A stretch of DNA of 64,000 nt from Eledone cirrhosa (taxonomy: Eukaryota): positions 35,836,001-35,900,000 of the forward strand of contig OZ024754.1 in assembly GCA_964016885.1 (NCBI GenBank), in the 5' to 3' direction. Position 1 is the stretch's first letter. Each line of letters opens with the position of its first letter. Below are positions 1-12,844 of this stretch, in pieces. Position numbers and translations under genes: made by a program. The notes under the pieces were generated by a model. The model saw nothing but the letters and a program-made list of their open reading frames with translations. It was not told the DNA's origin and did no database searches.

Positions 1-840
1 AACATACATAAGCGAGATGGAGTCCCTAACTTGTCTTTGAGGACAGTGGCTGTAAGTATGTGATAACTTGGTCTGTAATGACCAAATCCAACCTTTTTTA
101 GTATACACCCAGTGCACTCTGTAAAAATGTAGGAACATACATAAGCGAGATGCAGTCCCTAACTTGTCTTTGAGGACTGGCTGTAAGTATGTGATAACTT
201 GGTCTGTAATGACCAAATCCAACCTTTTTTAGTATACACCCAGTGCACTCTGTAAAAATGTAGGAACATACATAAGCAAGATGGAGTCCCTAACTTGTCT
301 TTGAGGACAGTGGCTGTAAGTATGTGATAACTTGGTCTGTAATGACCAAATCCAACCTTTTTTAGTATACACCCAGTGCACTCTGTAAAGTGTAGGAACA
401 TACATAAGCGTGATGCAGTCCCTAACTTGTCTTTGAGGACAGTGGCTGTAAGTATGTGATAACTTGGTCTGTAATGACCAAATCCAACCTTTTTTAGTAT
501 ACACCCAGTGCACTCTGTAAAGTGTAGGAACATACATAAGCAAGATGGAGTCCCTAACTTGTCTTTGAGGACAGTGGCTGTAAGTATGTGATAACTTGGT
601 CTGTAATGACCAAATCCAACCTTTTTTAGTATACACCCAGTGCACTCTGTAAAGTGTAGGAACATACATAAGCGTGATGCAGTCCCTAACTTGTCTTTGA
701 GGACAGTGGCTGTAAGTATGTGATAACTTGGTCTGTAATGACCAAATCCAACCTTTTTTAGTATACACCCAGTGCACTCTGTAAAGTGTAGGAACATAAA
801 TAAGCAAGATGGAGTCCCCGGCCTGTCTGTCAGGACAGTG
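1..840. repeat. 132-bp tandem repeat (~6 copies, runs off window start) with 264-bp dimeric higher order
   Basis: aacatacataag recurs at 1, 134, 265, 397, 529, 661; caagatgg/cgtgatgc variants alternate; unit contains cacccagtgcactctgtaaagtg, also found in the SINE-B 3' region. Confidence 0.95.
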
Positions 841-1135
841 GCACTGAGAAATTGATGACCTGGTCTCTGGTGGTATGTGCATTATAATCACAAAAAAAGC
901 ATCCACTCCACACTATAAATGTGGTTGGTGTTAGGAAGGGCATCTAGCTATAGAAGCCAAACCAAAATACAGGTCTGTATGAGCAAGACCTGACTTGCCT
1001 CAGTTGTTAGCTGCTGAGACACTGCATCTTTTAAAACCTCCATGCTTCCTGAAATTCGCCTACACTATACCTGATATCACCCCCCCCCCCCCTCCATACA
1101 CACTCACATGTATATCAGGACTCATACACTGTTCA

Positions 1136-1325
1136 GTGGATTGGCAGTATCGGTAGAGGGTCAGACACCATGCTTTGCAGCAAAGAGTTACGGCCCTTTG
1201 TGGTCTGAGTTCAAATCCCGCTGAGGTTAACTTTGCCTTTCATCCTTACAGGGTCGATAAAATAAAGTACCAGTAATGAACTGGGATAATTACTGACCTT
1301 GTGCCAGCCAAAAGTAGAAACAATT
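1136..1325 (+). mobile_element. tRNA-derived SINE, family A
   Basis: A-box-like tggcagtatcggt, B-box gagttcaaatcc, core ctttgcctttcatccttacggggtcgataaaataaagtaccagt, tail gtagaaacaatt; ~18 copies in the window. Confidence 0.85.
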
Positions 1326-1609
1326 ATTCTATCTACTAAACATGATGCACCTTTGATGAGTTGTAGTGCACCTGAGCACTGTACACAATAATTTCATTAT
1401 TATTATTATTATAAAACAATGACGTGGCTAACCCATGCAAGCAAGGAAAATAAACATTAAATGATGATGAAACATACGAATATGTGAGTTAAGACACCAG
1501 TATATTGTTGGTACTTAAAGAGTTAAACATCTTATGTTTATTAATCTTTCAACTAATGTTTATTCTTAAAGTTTCTACTTTCAGACACTCCTTATTATCA
1601 TTATTGTTA

Positions 1610-2370
1610 TTTCATCCTTACGGGGTCCATAAAATAAAGTACCAGTCACGCACTGGGGTCGATTTCATTGACTTTTCCCTCCCCCCAAAATTGCTGGCCT
1701 TGTGCCTGTATAAGAAACCATTATTATTATTGGGTAATTGCTGGCCTTGTGCCTAAAGTAGAAACAATTATTGTTATTATCATTAGGGCGTTGGATTGGC
1801 AGCATAGAGTTACGGCCCTTTATGATCTGAATTCAAATCCTGTCGAGGTTAACTTTGCCTTTCATCCTTACAGGGTTGATAAAATAAAGTACCAGTCACG
1901 TACTGGGGGGTCGATTTAATTGACTTTCCCCTTCCCTCAAATTACTGGCCTTGTACCTATACTAGAAATCATTATTATTATTATTGGTGGATTGGCAGTA
2001 TCGGTAGAGGGTCGGACGCCATGCTTTGCAGCATAGAGTTACGGCCCTTTACGATCTGAGTTCAAATCCTGCCGAGGTTGACTTTGCCTTTCATCCTTAC
2101 GGGGTCGATAAAATAAAGTACCAGTAATGCACTGGGTAATTGCTGGTCTTGCGCCTAAAGTAGAAACAATTATTATTATTATCTAGGGCGTTGGATTGGC
2201 AGAATCGGTAGAGTCGGATGCCATGCTTTGCAGCATAGAGTTACGTCCCTTTACGGTCTGAGTTCAAATCCTGCTGAGGTTAACTGCTTTTCATCCTTAC
2301 AGGGGTCGATAAAATAAAGTACCAGTAATACACTAGAATAATTGCTGGCCTTGTGCCAAAAGTAGAAACA
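1610..2370 (+). mobile_element. Head-to-tail cluster of SINE-A copies (partial 1610-1768; 1786-1970; 1986-2171; 2185-2370)
   Basis: Same SINE-A core repeated four times, separated by (ATT)n tails. Confidence 0.85.
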
Positions 2371-2768
2371 TTGTTATTGTTATCCTTAACATTTTATATT
2401 TCTTGTTTTTTTTTTTTTTACATTATTTTCGACTAATACCATATATGTTTGAAAAAAATGGGAGTTTGCTTATACTCAAGGTCAAAATTTTGACGATTTT
2501 CACCAACTTCAAATTCTGTGTAAATAAGGTGCTAAAATATCTGGAGTGATTATTTTACAGTGAAACACTGTTTTTCTACATTTACTACATTGTCATTGTT
2601 GGTGTTATTTATGCATTCCCTTGAAAATATTTCAACAAATGTAGGTTCGCGACTTATGTACGTCAATACTCATCCTTTTTTCCATTGAGAGGGATTTTTA
2701 AAATCCCAACTAACAGACTATTTAGTTAAATACGGCGTAAGCACATGTTACTACCTAATTTTTATATA

Positions 2769-2955
2769 ATTGTTTCTACTTTAGGCACAAGGCCAGCAAT
2801 TACCCAGTGCATTACTGGTACTTTATTTTATCTACCCCGTAAGGATGAAAGGCAAAGTCAACCTCGGCGGGATTTGAACTCAGATCGTAAAGGGACGTAA
2901 CTATGCTGGAAAGCATGGCGTCCGACCCTCTACCAATACTGCCAATCCACTGCCC
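2769..2955 (-). mobile_element. SINE-A
   Basis: Reverse complement of SINE-A consensus. Confidence 0.85.
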
Positions 2956-2982
2956 TTTTATATAATATTTATTTATACAATG

Positions 2983-3160
2983 TTGGCAGTATCGGTAGAG
3001 GGTCAGACGCCATGCTTTCCAGCATAGTTATGTCCCTTTATGGTCCGAGTTCAAATCCCGTCGAGGTTAACTTTGCCTTTCATCCTTACGGAGTTGATAA
3101 AATAAAGTACCAGTAACGTACTGGGTAATTGCTGGCTTTGTGCCAAAAGTAGAAACAATT
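2983..3160 (+). mobile_element. SINE-A
   Basis: Match to SINE-A consensus; inverted relative to the copy at 2769-2955. Confidence 0.85.
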
Positions 3161-3527
3161 ATTTATTATATATAAATTAACGGTTTTATTCATTATATAT
3201 TATTTGCGTGTAGGTAGGTCTCTCTGGAAATAGGGATCGGGGACGCTGAGGGTGTTACATGGCTGTGAGGAGGGTGGTGGCCCCAAAGGTTTGAGAGCCT
3301 CTGCACTAAGCAATGAGCCTGTCACATATAGATTATACTAGAAACACCTGTTTGGTGAAGCTAGCAGAGTAATGGGATGTGGGGTGAATGGGCGAGATTT
3401 GAACTTCTGACCCAGTGGCCTGACGCCCTCACCTTAAACCCTTACCTACCAAAACTGTTTGACCGCTTTGTCACCTTAGATAGGATTTCAGTGTCTCTTT
3501 ACATGATGGATAGACTGTGGGGTGTGT

Positions 3528-3922
3528 ACATACAGACAGACAGACATACATACAGACATACATACATACATACATACATACATACATTTAGTGTAGTGAA
3601 CACATTGAAACACTTCCTCTGTTACATTTTTACACACACAACATATACACACACATATATATACATACATATATATATATTTGTGTGTATATATATATGT
3701 ATGTATTTGTGTATATATATATGTATGTATTTGTGTATATATATATGTATGTATTTGTGTATATATATGTATGTATTTGTGTATATATATGTATGTATTT
3801 GTGTATATGTGTATGTATTTGTGTTATAAATATATATATAAATGTATGTATTTGGGTATATATATATATGTATTTCTGTGTATATGTATATATGTATTTG
3901 TGTATATATGTATGTATTTGTG

Positions 3923-3955
<33 letters not shown>

Positions 3956-4368
3956 TTGTGTATATGTGTATGTATTTGTGTTATAAATATATATATAAAT
4001 GTATGTATTTGGGTATATATATATGTATTTCTGTGTATATGTATATATGTATTTGTGTATATATGTATGTATTTGTGTTATAAATATATATATAAATGTA
4101 TGTATTTGGGTATATATATATGTATTTGTGTATACATATATATATACCCATGCTAGTGTGGAAAATGGACGTTAAGCGAAGATGATGTATGTATGTATAT
4201 GTGTATATATATTTATTTGTGTGTATATATATATATGTATGTATTTGTGTATATATATATACATATGTATGTATTTGTGTATATATGTATGTATTTGTGT
4301 GTGTATATATATATATATATAATATATTAGTTTTTGAAGAAGTCACTCGGTCATGAGTTGACTTCCAC

Positions 4369-4416
<48 letters not shown>

Positions 4417-4510
4417 AACATGTAACGTTAGAGGAAGTGTATGTGTATCAATACATCAAATGTATGTATGTATGTGTATATATATGTGTGTGTGTGTGCA
4501 TATATACACA
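3528..4510. repeat. Compound (TA)/(TG)/(TATG) microsatellite
   Basis: Direct inspection. Confidence 0.9.
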
Positions 4511-4556
4511 TTCATACAGTCTCTAGTTTAAACTTTTACATGGCAATTACTTACTA

Positions 4557-4590
<34 letters not shown>

Positions 4591-4942
4591 TTCTCTCTCT
4601 CTCTCATCATTTGCCAGATTTAAAAGACAACTGAACTCATTATCTCCCTTACTGCACCTCAAACCTATCACACTCACCACTGCCACCACCACCATAACCA
4701 TCACCACTACCACCACAACCTTCACCAGTATCATCAGCACTACCACCATCACCACCACAACCATTGGTACCATCACCACTACCACCACCAGTACCATCAC
4801 TACCACAACCACCACCAGTACCACTGCCATCATCGCTACCATCTTGCTGGCTTTTTTGATGCCACCCTAGCATCCACACACCAACTCTGATTCTATGAAA
4901 CAATCACTCATTTTAAAGGGTTCTTATTTAAAATGTTTCTAC

Positions 4943-4979
<37 letters not shown>

Positions 4980-5015
4980 GATATTAAATAAATGGAAACT
5001 ATATTTATAAAACCA

Positions 5016-5077
5016 TATTTAATTTATATATATTTCAAGGGTACCAAAATTTTGGTATGCTCTCATCAGATAAAATA
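5016..5077 (-). ncRNA. Degenerate type I hammerhead ribozyme (pLTR family B)
   Basis: Minus strand: tattttat CTGATGA gagcatacca-aaattt-tggtaccctt GAAA tatata TA aattaaata; core intact, stems I and II imperfect; homologous to 52726-52790. Confidence 0.6.
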
Positions 5078-5309
5078 CAAAATTTGTTTTATAAATGGTG
5101 ACATACCCAAGAAACCAGACCTTATTGGTTCAGGCTCAGTTTATATATATATAAGAACCATATGTTAAGTTACTACCTAAGTAAGGAAATAATTACTTTG
5201 GTAAATACCTGAAAATTCTTCATTAATTAATTGAAATAGAATGTATTTCATGAGAAATATGGTAATGAAATAATTAAAGAATTAACTCTTCACCTTTCTA
5301 TCACATTCC

Positions 5310-5535
5310 TTTGTGACCCTGTCACCCATCACATACAGATAGATGTACACAGGGGCAGAGGATGTCACCCTGTCACCCTTCACATATAGATAGATGTACA
5401 CAGGGGCAGAGGATGTCACCTTGTCACCCATCTCATACAGATATGTGTACACAGGGGAAGAGGATGTCACCCTGTCACCCTTCACATACAGATAGATGTA
5501 TACAGGGGCAGTGGGGGTGTCACATTGTCACCCTT
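5310..5535. repeat. ~51-bp minisatellite (~4 copies)
   Basis: gtcaccctgtcacccttcacatacagatagatgtacacaggggcagaggat repeated. Confidence 0.85.
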
Positions 5536-5649
5536 CACCATGCTAGCATGGAAAATGGATGTTAAACAATGGTGATGATGAGGGGCAAGGGTGTGTCACT
5601 TTGTCACCCTATCACTCTCGACATATAGATAGATATATACAGGAGTATC

Positions 5650-6120
5650 TATCTGTAAAGTGGTAGTGCTGGGGCCACAATAAAGTGCACCCTGTACATT
5701 CTCTAAAGTGGTAGTCCTGATACCATGATGAAATACGTCCAGTACACTCTGTAAAGTGGTAGTACTGGTACCATGATAAGACACCCAGTGCATTTTGTAA
5801 AGAGGTAGTGCTGGGCTTATGATAAATTAACCCAGTCCACTAAGTAAAGAGGTAGTGCTGGTGCCATAAAATACATCCAGTTCACTCTCTAAAGTGGTAG
5901 TGCTGGTGCCATAAAATACACCCAGTTCACTCTATAAAGTGGTAGTGCTGGTGCCATAAAATGCACTCAGTACACTCTATAAAGCAGTAGTGCTGGTGCC
6001 ATAAAATACACCCAGTTCACTCTATAAAGTGCTAGTGCTGGTGCCATAAAATGCACTCAGTACACTATAAAGCGGTAGTGCCGATGCTATCGTAAAACGC
6101 ACTTTGTACATTCTGTGAAG
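5650..6120. repeat. ~42-bp minisatellite derived from the SINE-B 3' region
   Basis: gtgctggtgccataaaatacacccagttcactctataaagtggta x ~11; resembles aaaagcacccagcactcactgtaaatg at 27172-27198. Confidence 0.8.
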
Positions 6121-6530
6121 AACAGAGGTGCATACATTTGCGTGTGTGTGTGTATAGGATTGTATGTATGTATTTATGTATGTGGCAGTATTAGCGGTAT
6201 TAGCTCTGTGAACCTTTTCCACCCCGTTCTAACTCTTTAGGAAGGGCATCCCGCCGAAGAAAACCTGCCAGAAACAGTCCTCTATAAGCGAGACATGGTC
6301 ACCCAACCCAACTTGCTTCAAACGGGACAAACCTGTCTAACCCATGCTAGTGTGGAAGATAGACGTTAAACGAAGATGATGATGATATATATATTGAGTA
6401 TATATATATATAAACGGAAAAAATGAAACAAAATTTCATTTCCCACTCTTAGTACGGCTGTTACTTAAATATAAGTATGTACACGTACATACATATATGT
6501 ATACAGACATACAGTAGTATGTATATATAT

Positions 6531-7068
6531 ACCCCCACCCCATCCACACCACCCCGTTCTATGTAAAGTTATGTTGGTGCCGCGCCATCCAGGCCGAAAC
6601 AAATGAGATCGTGTAGGTGTCACGACAAAAAAACACACAGTCCACGCTGTAATGTGGCCGTGTAGGCAACACGGTAAAAACCTCCCAGACCCACACTGTA
6701 AATGTGGTTGGTGTTAGGAAGGGCCCGCCGCCACCCCCACCCCATCCACACCACCCCGTTCTATGTAAAGTTATGTTGGTGCCGCGCCATCCAGGCCGAA
6801 ACAAATGAGATCGTGTAGGTGTCACGACAAAAAAACACACAGTCCACGCTGTAATGTGGCCGTGTAGGCAACACGGTAAAAACCTCCCAGACCCACACTG
6901 TAAATGTGGTTGGTGTTAGGAAGGGCATCCAACTGTAGAAAACCTGCCAGACAGTCCTATGCGAGCAAGACAATCACTCTTGCCTCAAGTGGGACTACCC
7001 CCGTCCAAACCCATGCAAGCGTGGAACACGGACGTTAAACGTTGATGATGATGATGATGATGATGATA
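6531..7068 (+). mobile_element. SINE-B-like 3' part, with internal ~203-bp tandem duplication and (GAT)n tail
   Basis: gtggttggtgttaggaagggcatccaactgtagaaa...acggacgttaaac-(gat)n; 6531-6725 duplicated at 6734-6928. Confidence 0.7.
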
Positions 7069-7288
7069 TATACATACATGCACACATGTCCAGAATTAGC
7101 TGTCGAAACGGCTTGAGCTCAGCCGTCGGGGTCTTACTGGTTCCTATTACATGCACACATATATATATGTACGTATGGATTCACCGAACATTTATTATAA
7201 TGCTCGGTGTGTTTGTAAACAAACATCCCGTATTAAGCCGTAGTCTCCAGCAACCATCGTTGCTCGTTTGTTCAACACTGACAAAGGA

Positions 7289-7331
7289 ACGCTGTACTAG
7301 TTTCAAGCTTATTAGCTATCGTCAGCAACGT
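7289..7331 (-). ncRNA. Minimal type I hammerhead ribozyme
   Basis: Exact reverse complement of 7405-7447. Confidence 0.85.
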
Positions 7332-7404
7332 ATACCTTCCTGCCAGATTGTTGAACGTATATATAAGGTAAGTATATACGTTCAACAATCTGGCAGGAAG
7401 GTAT

Positions 7405-7447
7405 ACGTTGCTGACGATAGCTAATAAGCTTGAAACTAGTACAGCGT
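7405..7447 (+). ncRNA. Minimal type I hammerhead ribozyme
   Basis: acgttg CTGACGA t-agct-aata-agct-t GAAA ctag TA cagcgt: 6-bp stem I, 4-bp stem II, palindromic CTAG stem III, GUA cleavage triplet. Confidence 0.85.
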
Positions 7448-7780
7448 TCCTTTGTCAGTGTTGAACAAACGAGCAACGATGGTTGCTGGAGACCGGCTTA
7501 ATACGAGATGTTTGTTTACAAACACACCGAGCATTATAATAAATGTTCGGTGAATCCATACGTACATATATATATGTGTGTGCATGTATGTATATATATA
7601 TACATACTACTGTATACATATATGTATGTACGTGTACATACTTATATATATATATATATATGAAAGTTGTATGTTTGTGTTTTATGTATGTATAAATGTA
7701 TAAGTTTGTGTGAGTGTCTGTGCGTGTGTGTGAGTTGGTGTGTATGTATGGTGCATGTGTATATATATATGAAGTGTGTG

Positions 7781-7829
<49 letters not shown>

Positions 7830-8139
7830 GGTGTGTATATGTCTTTTTGTTGCACCATACATCATTACTGCTCGTTTCCCCCTTCACATCTTGTGGCCGG
7901 GGTGGGGGGGGTCTGTCAGGAGCTGTGGGTGTGACATGATGGCTTAAGGTATTGGGTTACTTGCTTAAGAATATGGTGGTGTTGGGTGTAGAAAGGTGAT
8001 GGTGGCAGTGTATAGGTGGTGTTGGGTGGGGGTGTATAGGTGGTGTTGATAGGGCTATATTTGGTGTTGTGGTGGTGGTGGGGGGGGGGGGGGGTCGGAG
8101 CAGCTTCCCTGTGTCACATTACACACAAAGCAGGAAACT

Positions 8140-8500
8140 GTTAGTTCTGGTCAGTGGTGGTGGTTGTAACAGTGGTCATCATAGTGGTGGTGGTGGTGGC
8201 AGTGATGGTCATCATAGTGGTGGTGGTGGTGGTGGCAGTGATGGTCATCATAGTGGTGGTGGTGGTGGTGGCAGTGATGGTTATCATAGTGTCAGTTATG
8301 GTTGTGGTGGTTGTGGTGTTGTTGGTGGTGGTAGTGTTGGTGATGATGGTGGCATTAGTAGTGGTGGTAGTGTTGGTGATGGTGATGATGGTTGTATTGG
8401 TGGTGGTGTTAGTGTTGGTGATGGTGATGATGGTGGCATTAGTGTTGGTGATGGTGATGATGGTGGCATTAGTGGTGGTGGTGGTGTTATTGGAGGTTTT
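8140..8500. repeat. Degenerate (GGT)n microsatellite
   Basis: Direct inspection. Confidence 0.85.
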
Positions 8501-8964
8501 AACAGTGGGAGTGGTGAGGATACCACCCCACTATCATACTTGAATGTGACTACAATTGTGTGTGTTTGTATGGTGTAGTGTTGCTTAGTAATTACTGTTG
8601 GTTTCATGGTTGTAAGGTTTATGGATTCCATTTTCAGTGTGGCCAATACATTTTGTCCTTGAGCAAGGCATTTCATTGTACCTTGCTTCAGTCCAGTCAG
8701 TTGAAAAGAAATGAGTTCGAGTTGCAGCTAAGGAAGAGACAGTGAAGTCTGTAATGGACAGGGGTTCCATCCAGGAGAAGAGTCATGTACCCTCTGTCAA
8801 TTAATGCCCATGAAACTGAAGTAAACTCTAGCCAGATGTGCTTATGTATTTCAATTAATTTTGAAAATTATTAGGAATTTGGCGGGATTTAGCAAAATAA
8901 CTAGCCCCCTCATTATTTAACTGGTGTTTGGAACTTTGCAGAAAATGCATGATGGAAGGTTTAA

Positions 8965-9357
8965 CCCTTTAGTATTTAATCTGGCCAGAATTCTCTCACC
9001 TCTTTCTATTCAAACTGGTTTTAACTGGCCACTCATACTGATGTTAAGGTATTGTTCTCAAAATAAATAACTGTTTCTACTTTTGGCACAAGGCCAGCAA
9101 TTACCCAGTGCATTATTGGTACTTTATTTTATCGACCCCGTAAGGATGAAAGGCAAAGTCAACCTCGGCGGGATTTGAACTCAGATCGTAAAGGGACGTA
9201 ACTATGCTGGAAAGCATGGCGTCTGACCCTCTACCTATACTGCCAATTCACCCATCAACATCTCATAGATTCGATATTATGTGAGATAATTATGTAAGAT
9301 AAAGCCTTTACCACAAAAATACAATAGTATATATAGACTAATGTAAATGCTAAAAGG
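8965..9357. mobile_element. piggyBac-type MITE interrupted by SINE-A (9071-9252, minus strand)
   Basis: TTAA-ccctttagtatttaa ... taaatgctaaaagg-TTAA; uninterrupted inverted copy at 42777-42999. Confidence 0.75.
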
Positions 9358-9502
9358 TTAAGTTTAACCCTTCTGATATTAAACTAACTAAAATGCTCCA
9401 GGTTCTACAGTACAAAATATTATTTTAAAATCTTCCATCATAATTTTCTGCAGCTTAATACTGAGAAAGATATATTACTAAATACCTCTAAATTCTTCAT
9501 TT

Positions 9503-9683
9503 GGAATAGCAGTATCGGTAGAGAGTCAGACACGATGCTTTGCAGCATAGTTACGGTCCTTTATGGTCTGAGTTCAAATCCTGCCGAGGTTAACTTTGCC
9601 TTTCATCCTTACGGGGTCGATAAAATAAAGTACCAGTAATGTACAGCGTAATTGCTGGCCTTGTGCCAAAAGTATAAACAATT
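9503..9683 (+). mobile_element. SINE-A
   Basis: Match to consensus. Confidence 0.85.
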
Positions 9684-9951
9684 ATTTTCAAAATTATTTG
9701 TAAACCATAGACTGTAGGTTTCATTAGAAATATGGTAATGAAAGGTTTAACTATTTTTAGGAATGTTTCCTGTCCCAACTTGTGCTTGAATCAATGAGTT
9801 AGAGATGAACTCTTTAAAATAAACTGTTTTTTTTTTATCATAAAACCAGTGGCAGTTTGATGAGGGTTGGTAGAAATGGGGTTTAATTTAGCTCTGTATT
9901 GTTGTTGTCTTTATTCCTTTCTGATGATGTCTTACCTTTGATATTTTACAG

Positions 9952-10074
9952 AATACGAAACCCGTTAAGAACAAGGTGAACTCCACTCCAAGCAGTCAGC
10001 CTACCAAAAAACAGAAAATTGAGGTGGTCAAGCAGTCATTCTCTACATCCAGTGTCTTCCATCACATTGACTGA
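9952..10074 (+). CDS. Possible terminal coding exon of an unidentified host gene (NTKPVKNKVNSTPSSQPTKKQKIEVVKQSFSTSSVFHHID*)
   Basis: Pyrimidine-rich acceptor ...cttacctttgatattttacAG; unique sequence; open frame to TGA; NLS-like PTKKQK. Confidence 0.4.
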   Translation, partial: NTKPVKNKVNSTPSSQPTKKQKIEVVKQSFSTSSVFHHID

Positions 10075-10467
10075 AGAATATATGTCTAACAATCCTGTCA
10101 TCTATCATATTGACAGATGTATCAACTTCTAGTAATCCACTGTCCTCTATCATATTGACAGAGGTATCAACTTCTAGCAATCCCATGTCCACTATCATAT
10201 TGCCAGAAGTATTAACTTTTAGCAATCCACTACCACATTGACAGAAGTATCAATTTCTAGCAATCCACAACCACATTGACAGAAGTCTCAACTTCTAGCA
10301 ATCCACTACTCTTCTTTGCTCTCCTCCAATTGTGCCCCGGAGAAAGATTTTGGGAAGTGTTGTAATTGGATTCCTGACCATACCAGAAGAGATTCTGTCT
10401 TATTATTGTAAAGAGTAGTTACTGACTGACAAAGTTGTGTGCGTGTGTGTGTATATATACATATATA

Positions 10468-10567
10468 CAGGGTGTCCCCCAAAACATGTATACACACTTT
10501 GATTACCTGTACAGGCAATATTTATTAGAATGCTCTTGAAGTGTATACAATTTTTGGGAACACCCTC
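10468..10567. mobile_element. 100-bp Tc1/mariner-type MITE
   Basis: TA-cagggtgtcccccaaaacatgtatacac ... gtgtatacaatttttgggaacaccctc-TA terminal inverted repeats. Confidence 0.75.
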
Positions 10568-10629
<62 letters not shown>

Positions 10630-11011
10630 TTGATGAAAACTCTACACAAGTGTAATAGAGATTTAAATAACCTTTTAATTTGTCTTTTTATGTTTTAAAA
10701 CTTTTATATTTTACAGATTACTGTTGGATAAAATATATGTGTATATATTTATATGTAATGTTTTACAAAAGAACATTTAAAAAAAAATATAAACTATTAA
10801 ATATTCTCTTGAGAAACAAATATAATTTATATGAAGTGGGATTGTATTTTTGTAGAACTGCCGTATCATCCTCATTTTACGTCCTCTTTTCCCTGCTCGC
10901 AACGGTGGGACGGGTCTTATTAAGCACCACATCTCTCCATTCGTCACTGTCCTTTGTCATCTCCTCTGTGAGCTTCAGCGATCTGAGGTCTGCTCTCACC
11001 ACCTCAGTGGT

Positions 11012-11120
11012 GAAATAAAGTGTCTTGCTCAAGGAAACAACACATCACCCAGTCCGAGAATTGAACTCACATCCTTTCAATTGCAAGCCCAATGCTCTAA
11101 CCACTAAGCCATGCGCCTTC
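11012..11120 (-). mobile_element. SINE-B head
   Basis: Reverse complement of tRNA-like head plus tccttgagcaagacacttt core. Confidence 0.75.
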
Positions 11121-11500
11121 ACTGTATAAATATTTTCAAGTTCTGTGCCTTTGTTTGTTTAACTGTAGGAGAGATATATAGTACCCTAGTTCTTGACTGG
11201 TGAGGTTAACTTTGCCTTTCATCCTTACAGGGTCGATAAAATAAAGTACCAGTAATGTACTGGGTAATTGCTGGCCTTGTGCCAAAAGTAGAAACAATTA
11301 TATTTATTAACCTAGAAATAACAAAAAGAAACTTTGACTCTTGTAGGATTTGAGCTGAGAGTGTTGACACTTCTACCATGAATCAATCTATCTGATGTTC
11401 TAACTCTGCTAATTCACCAACTTCAACATCAACAATAATATAGCAGCTGGCAATCTCACTAAGACGACCCACAGAACATAGCATACCATTTCCTTTTAAT

Positions 11501-11692
11501 AATTGTTTCTACTTTTGGCACAAGGCCAGCAATTATCCCAGTGCATTACTGGTACTTTATTTTATCGACCCCCGTAAGGATGAAAGGTAAAGTTAACCGC
11601 GGTGGGATTTGAACTCAGAATGGTGGCAAGGGCTGTAACTCTATGCTGCAAAGCATGGTGGCCGACCCTCTACCGATACTGCCAATCCACCG
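11501..11692 (-). mobile_element. SINE-A (a partial plus-strand copy lies at 11199-11299)
   Basis: Match to consensus. Confidence 0.85.
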
Positions 11693-11800
11693 CTTTTAAT
11701 AATGAAATCACCCACCGTCATCAGTAGCAGCAGCAGCAGCAACAATCATCAACATAACTAATCAATCAACCAACCAACAACCATGATCATCAGTAACCTT

Positions 11801-12710
11801 GGTCCTTATCCACCCCCCATCTACCACAGGCAGCTACAGTCGGTCCTTATCCACCCCCCCCCATCTACCACAGGCAGCTACAGTCGGTCCTTATCCACCC
11901 CCCATCTACCACAGGCAGCTACAGTCGGTCCATATCCACCCCCCATCTACCACAGGCAGCTACAGTCGGTCCTTATCCACCCCCCATCTACCACAGGCAG
12001 CTACAGTCGGTCCTTATCCACCCCCCATCTACCACAGGCAGCTACAGTCGGTCCTTATCCACCCCCCATCTACCACAGGCAGCTACAGTCGGTCCTTATC
12101 CACCCCCCATCTACCACAGGCAGCTACAGTCGGTCCTTACCCACTCCCCATCTACCACAGGCAGCTACAGTCGGTCCTTACCCACTCCCCATCTACCACA
12201 GGCAGCTACAGTCGGTCCTTACCCACTCCCCATCTACCACAGGCAGCTACAGTCGGTCCTTACCCACTCCCCATCTACCACAGGCAGCTACAGTCGGTCC
12301 TTACCCACTCCCCATCTACCACAGGCAGCTACAGTCGGTCCTTACCCACTCCCCATCTACCACAGGCAGCTACAGTCGGTCCTTACCCACTCCCCATCTA
12401 CCACAGGCAGCTACAGTCGGTCCTTACCCACTCCCCATCTACCACAGGCAGCTACAGTCGGTCCTTACCCACTCCCCATCTACCACAGGCAGCTACAGTC
12501 GGTCCTTACCCACTCCCCATCTACCACAGGCAGCTACAGTCGGTCCTTATCCACCCCCCATCTACCACAGGCAGCTACAGTCGGTCCTTATCCACTCCCC
12601 ATCTACCACAGGCAGCTACAGTCGGTCCTTATCCACCCACCCGCCCACCCCCCATCTACCACAGGCAGCTACAGTCGGTCCTTATCCACCCCCCATCTAC
12701 CACAGGCTGC
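11801..12710. repeat. 41-bp minisatellite, ~22 copies
   Basis: ggtccttatccaccccccatctaccacaggcagctacagtc; central block carries the ttacccactcccc variant. Confidence 0.95.
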
Positions 12711-12797
12711 CCCAATGGCTGTGTCTAAACCCAACTCTTACTCTAACACCCTACCATCACCACCAACTCTGTTTGAATCCGCTCCTCCTCGTCCCTG

Positions 12798-12844
<47 letters not shown>

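Larger units (their letters stand above)
7148..7588. mobile_element. ~440-bp near-perfect palindrome (arms 7148-7363 and 7373-7588), probable inverted Penelope pLTR pair or non-autonomous element
   Basis: Arms are reverse complements apart from one substitution and small indels; 9-nt spacer taaggtaag; hammerhead in each arm; microsatellite at both ends. Confidence 0.85.
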
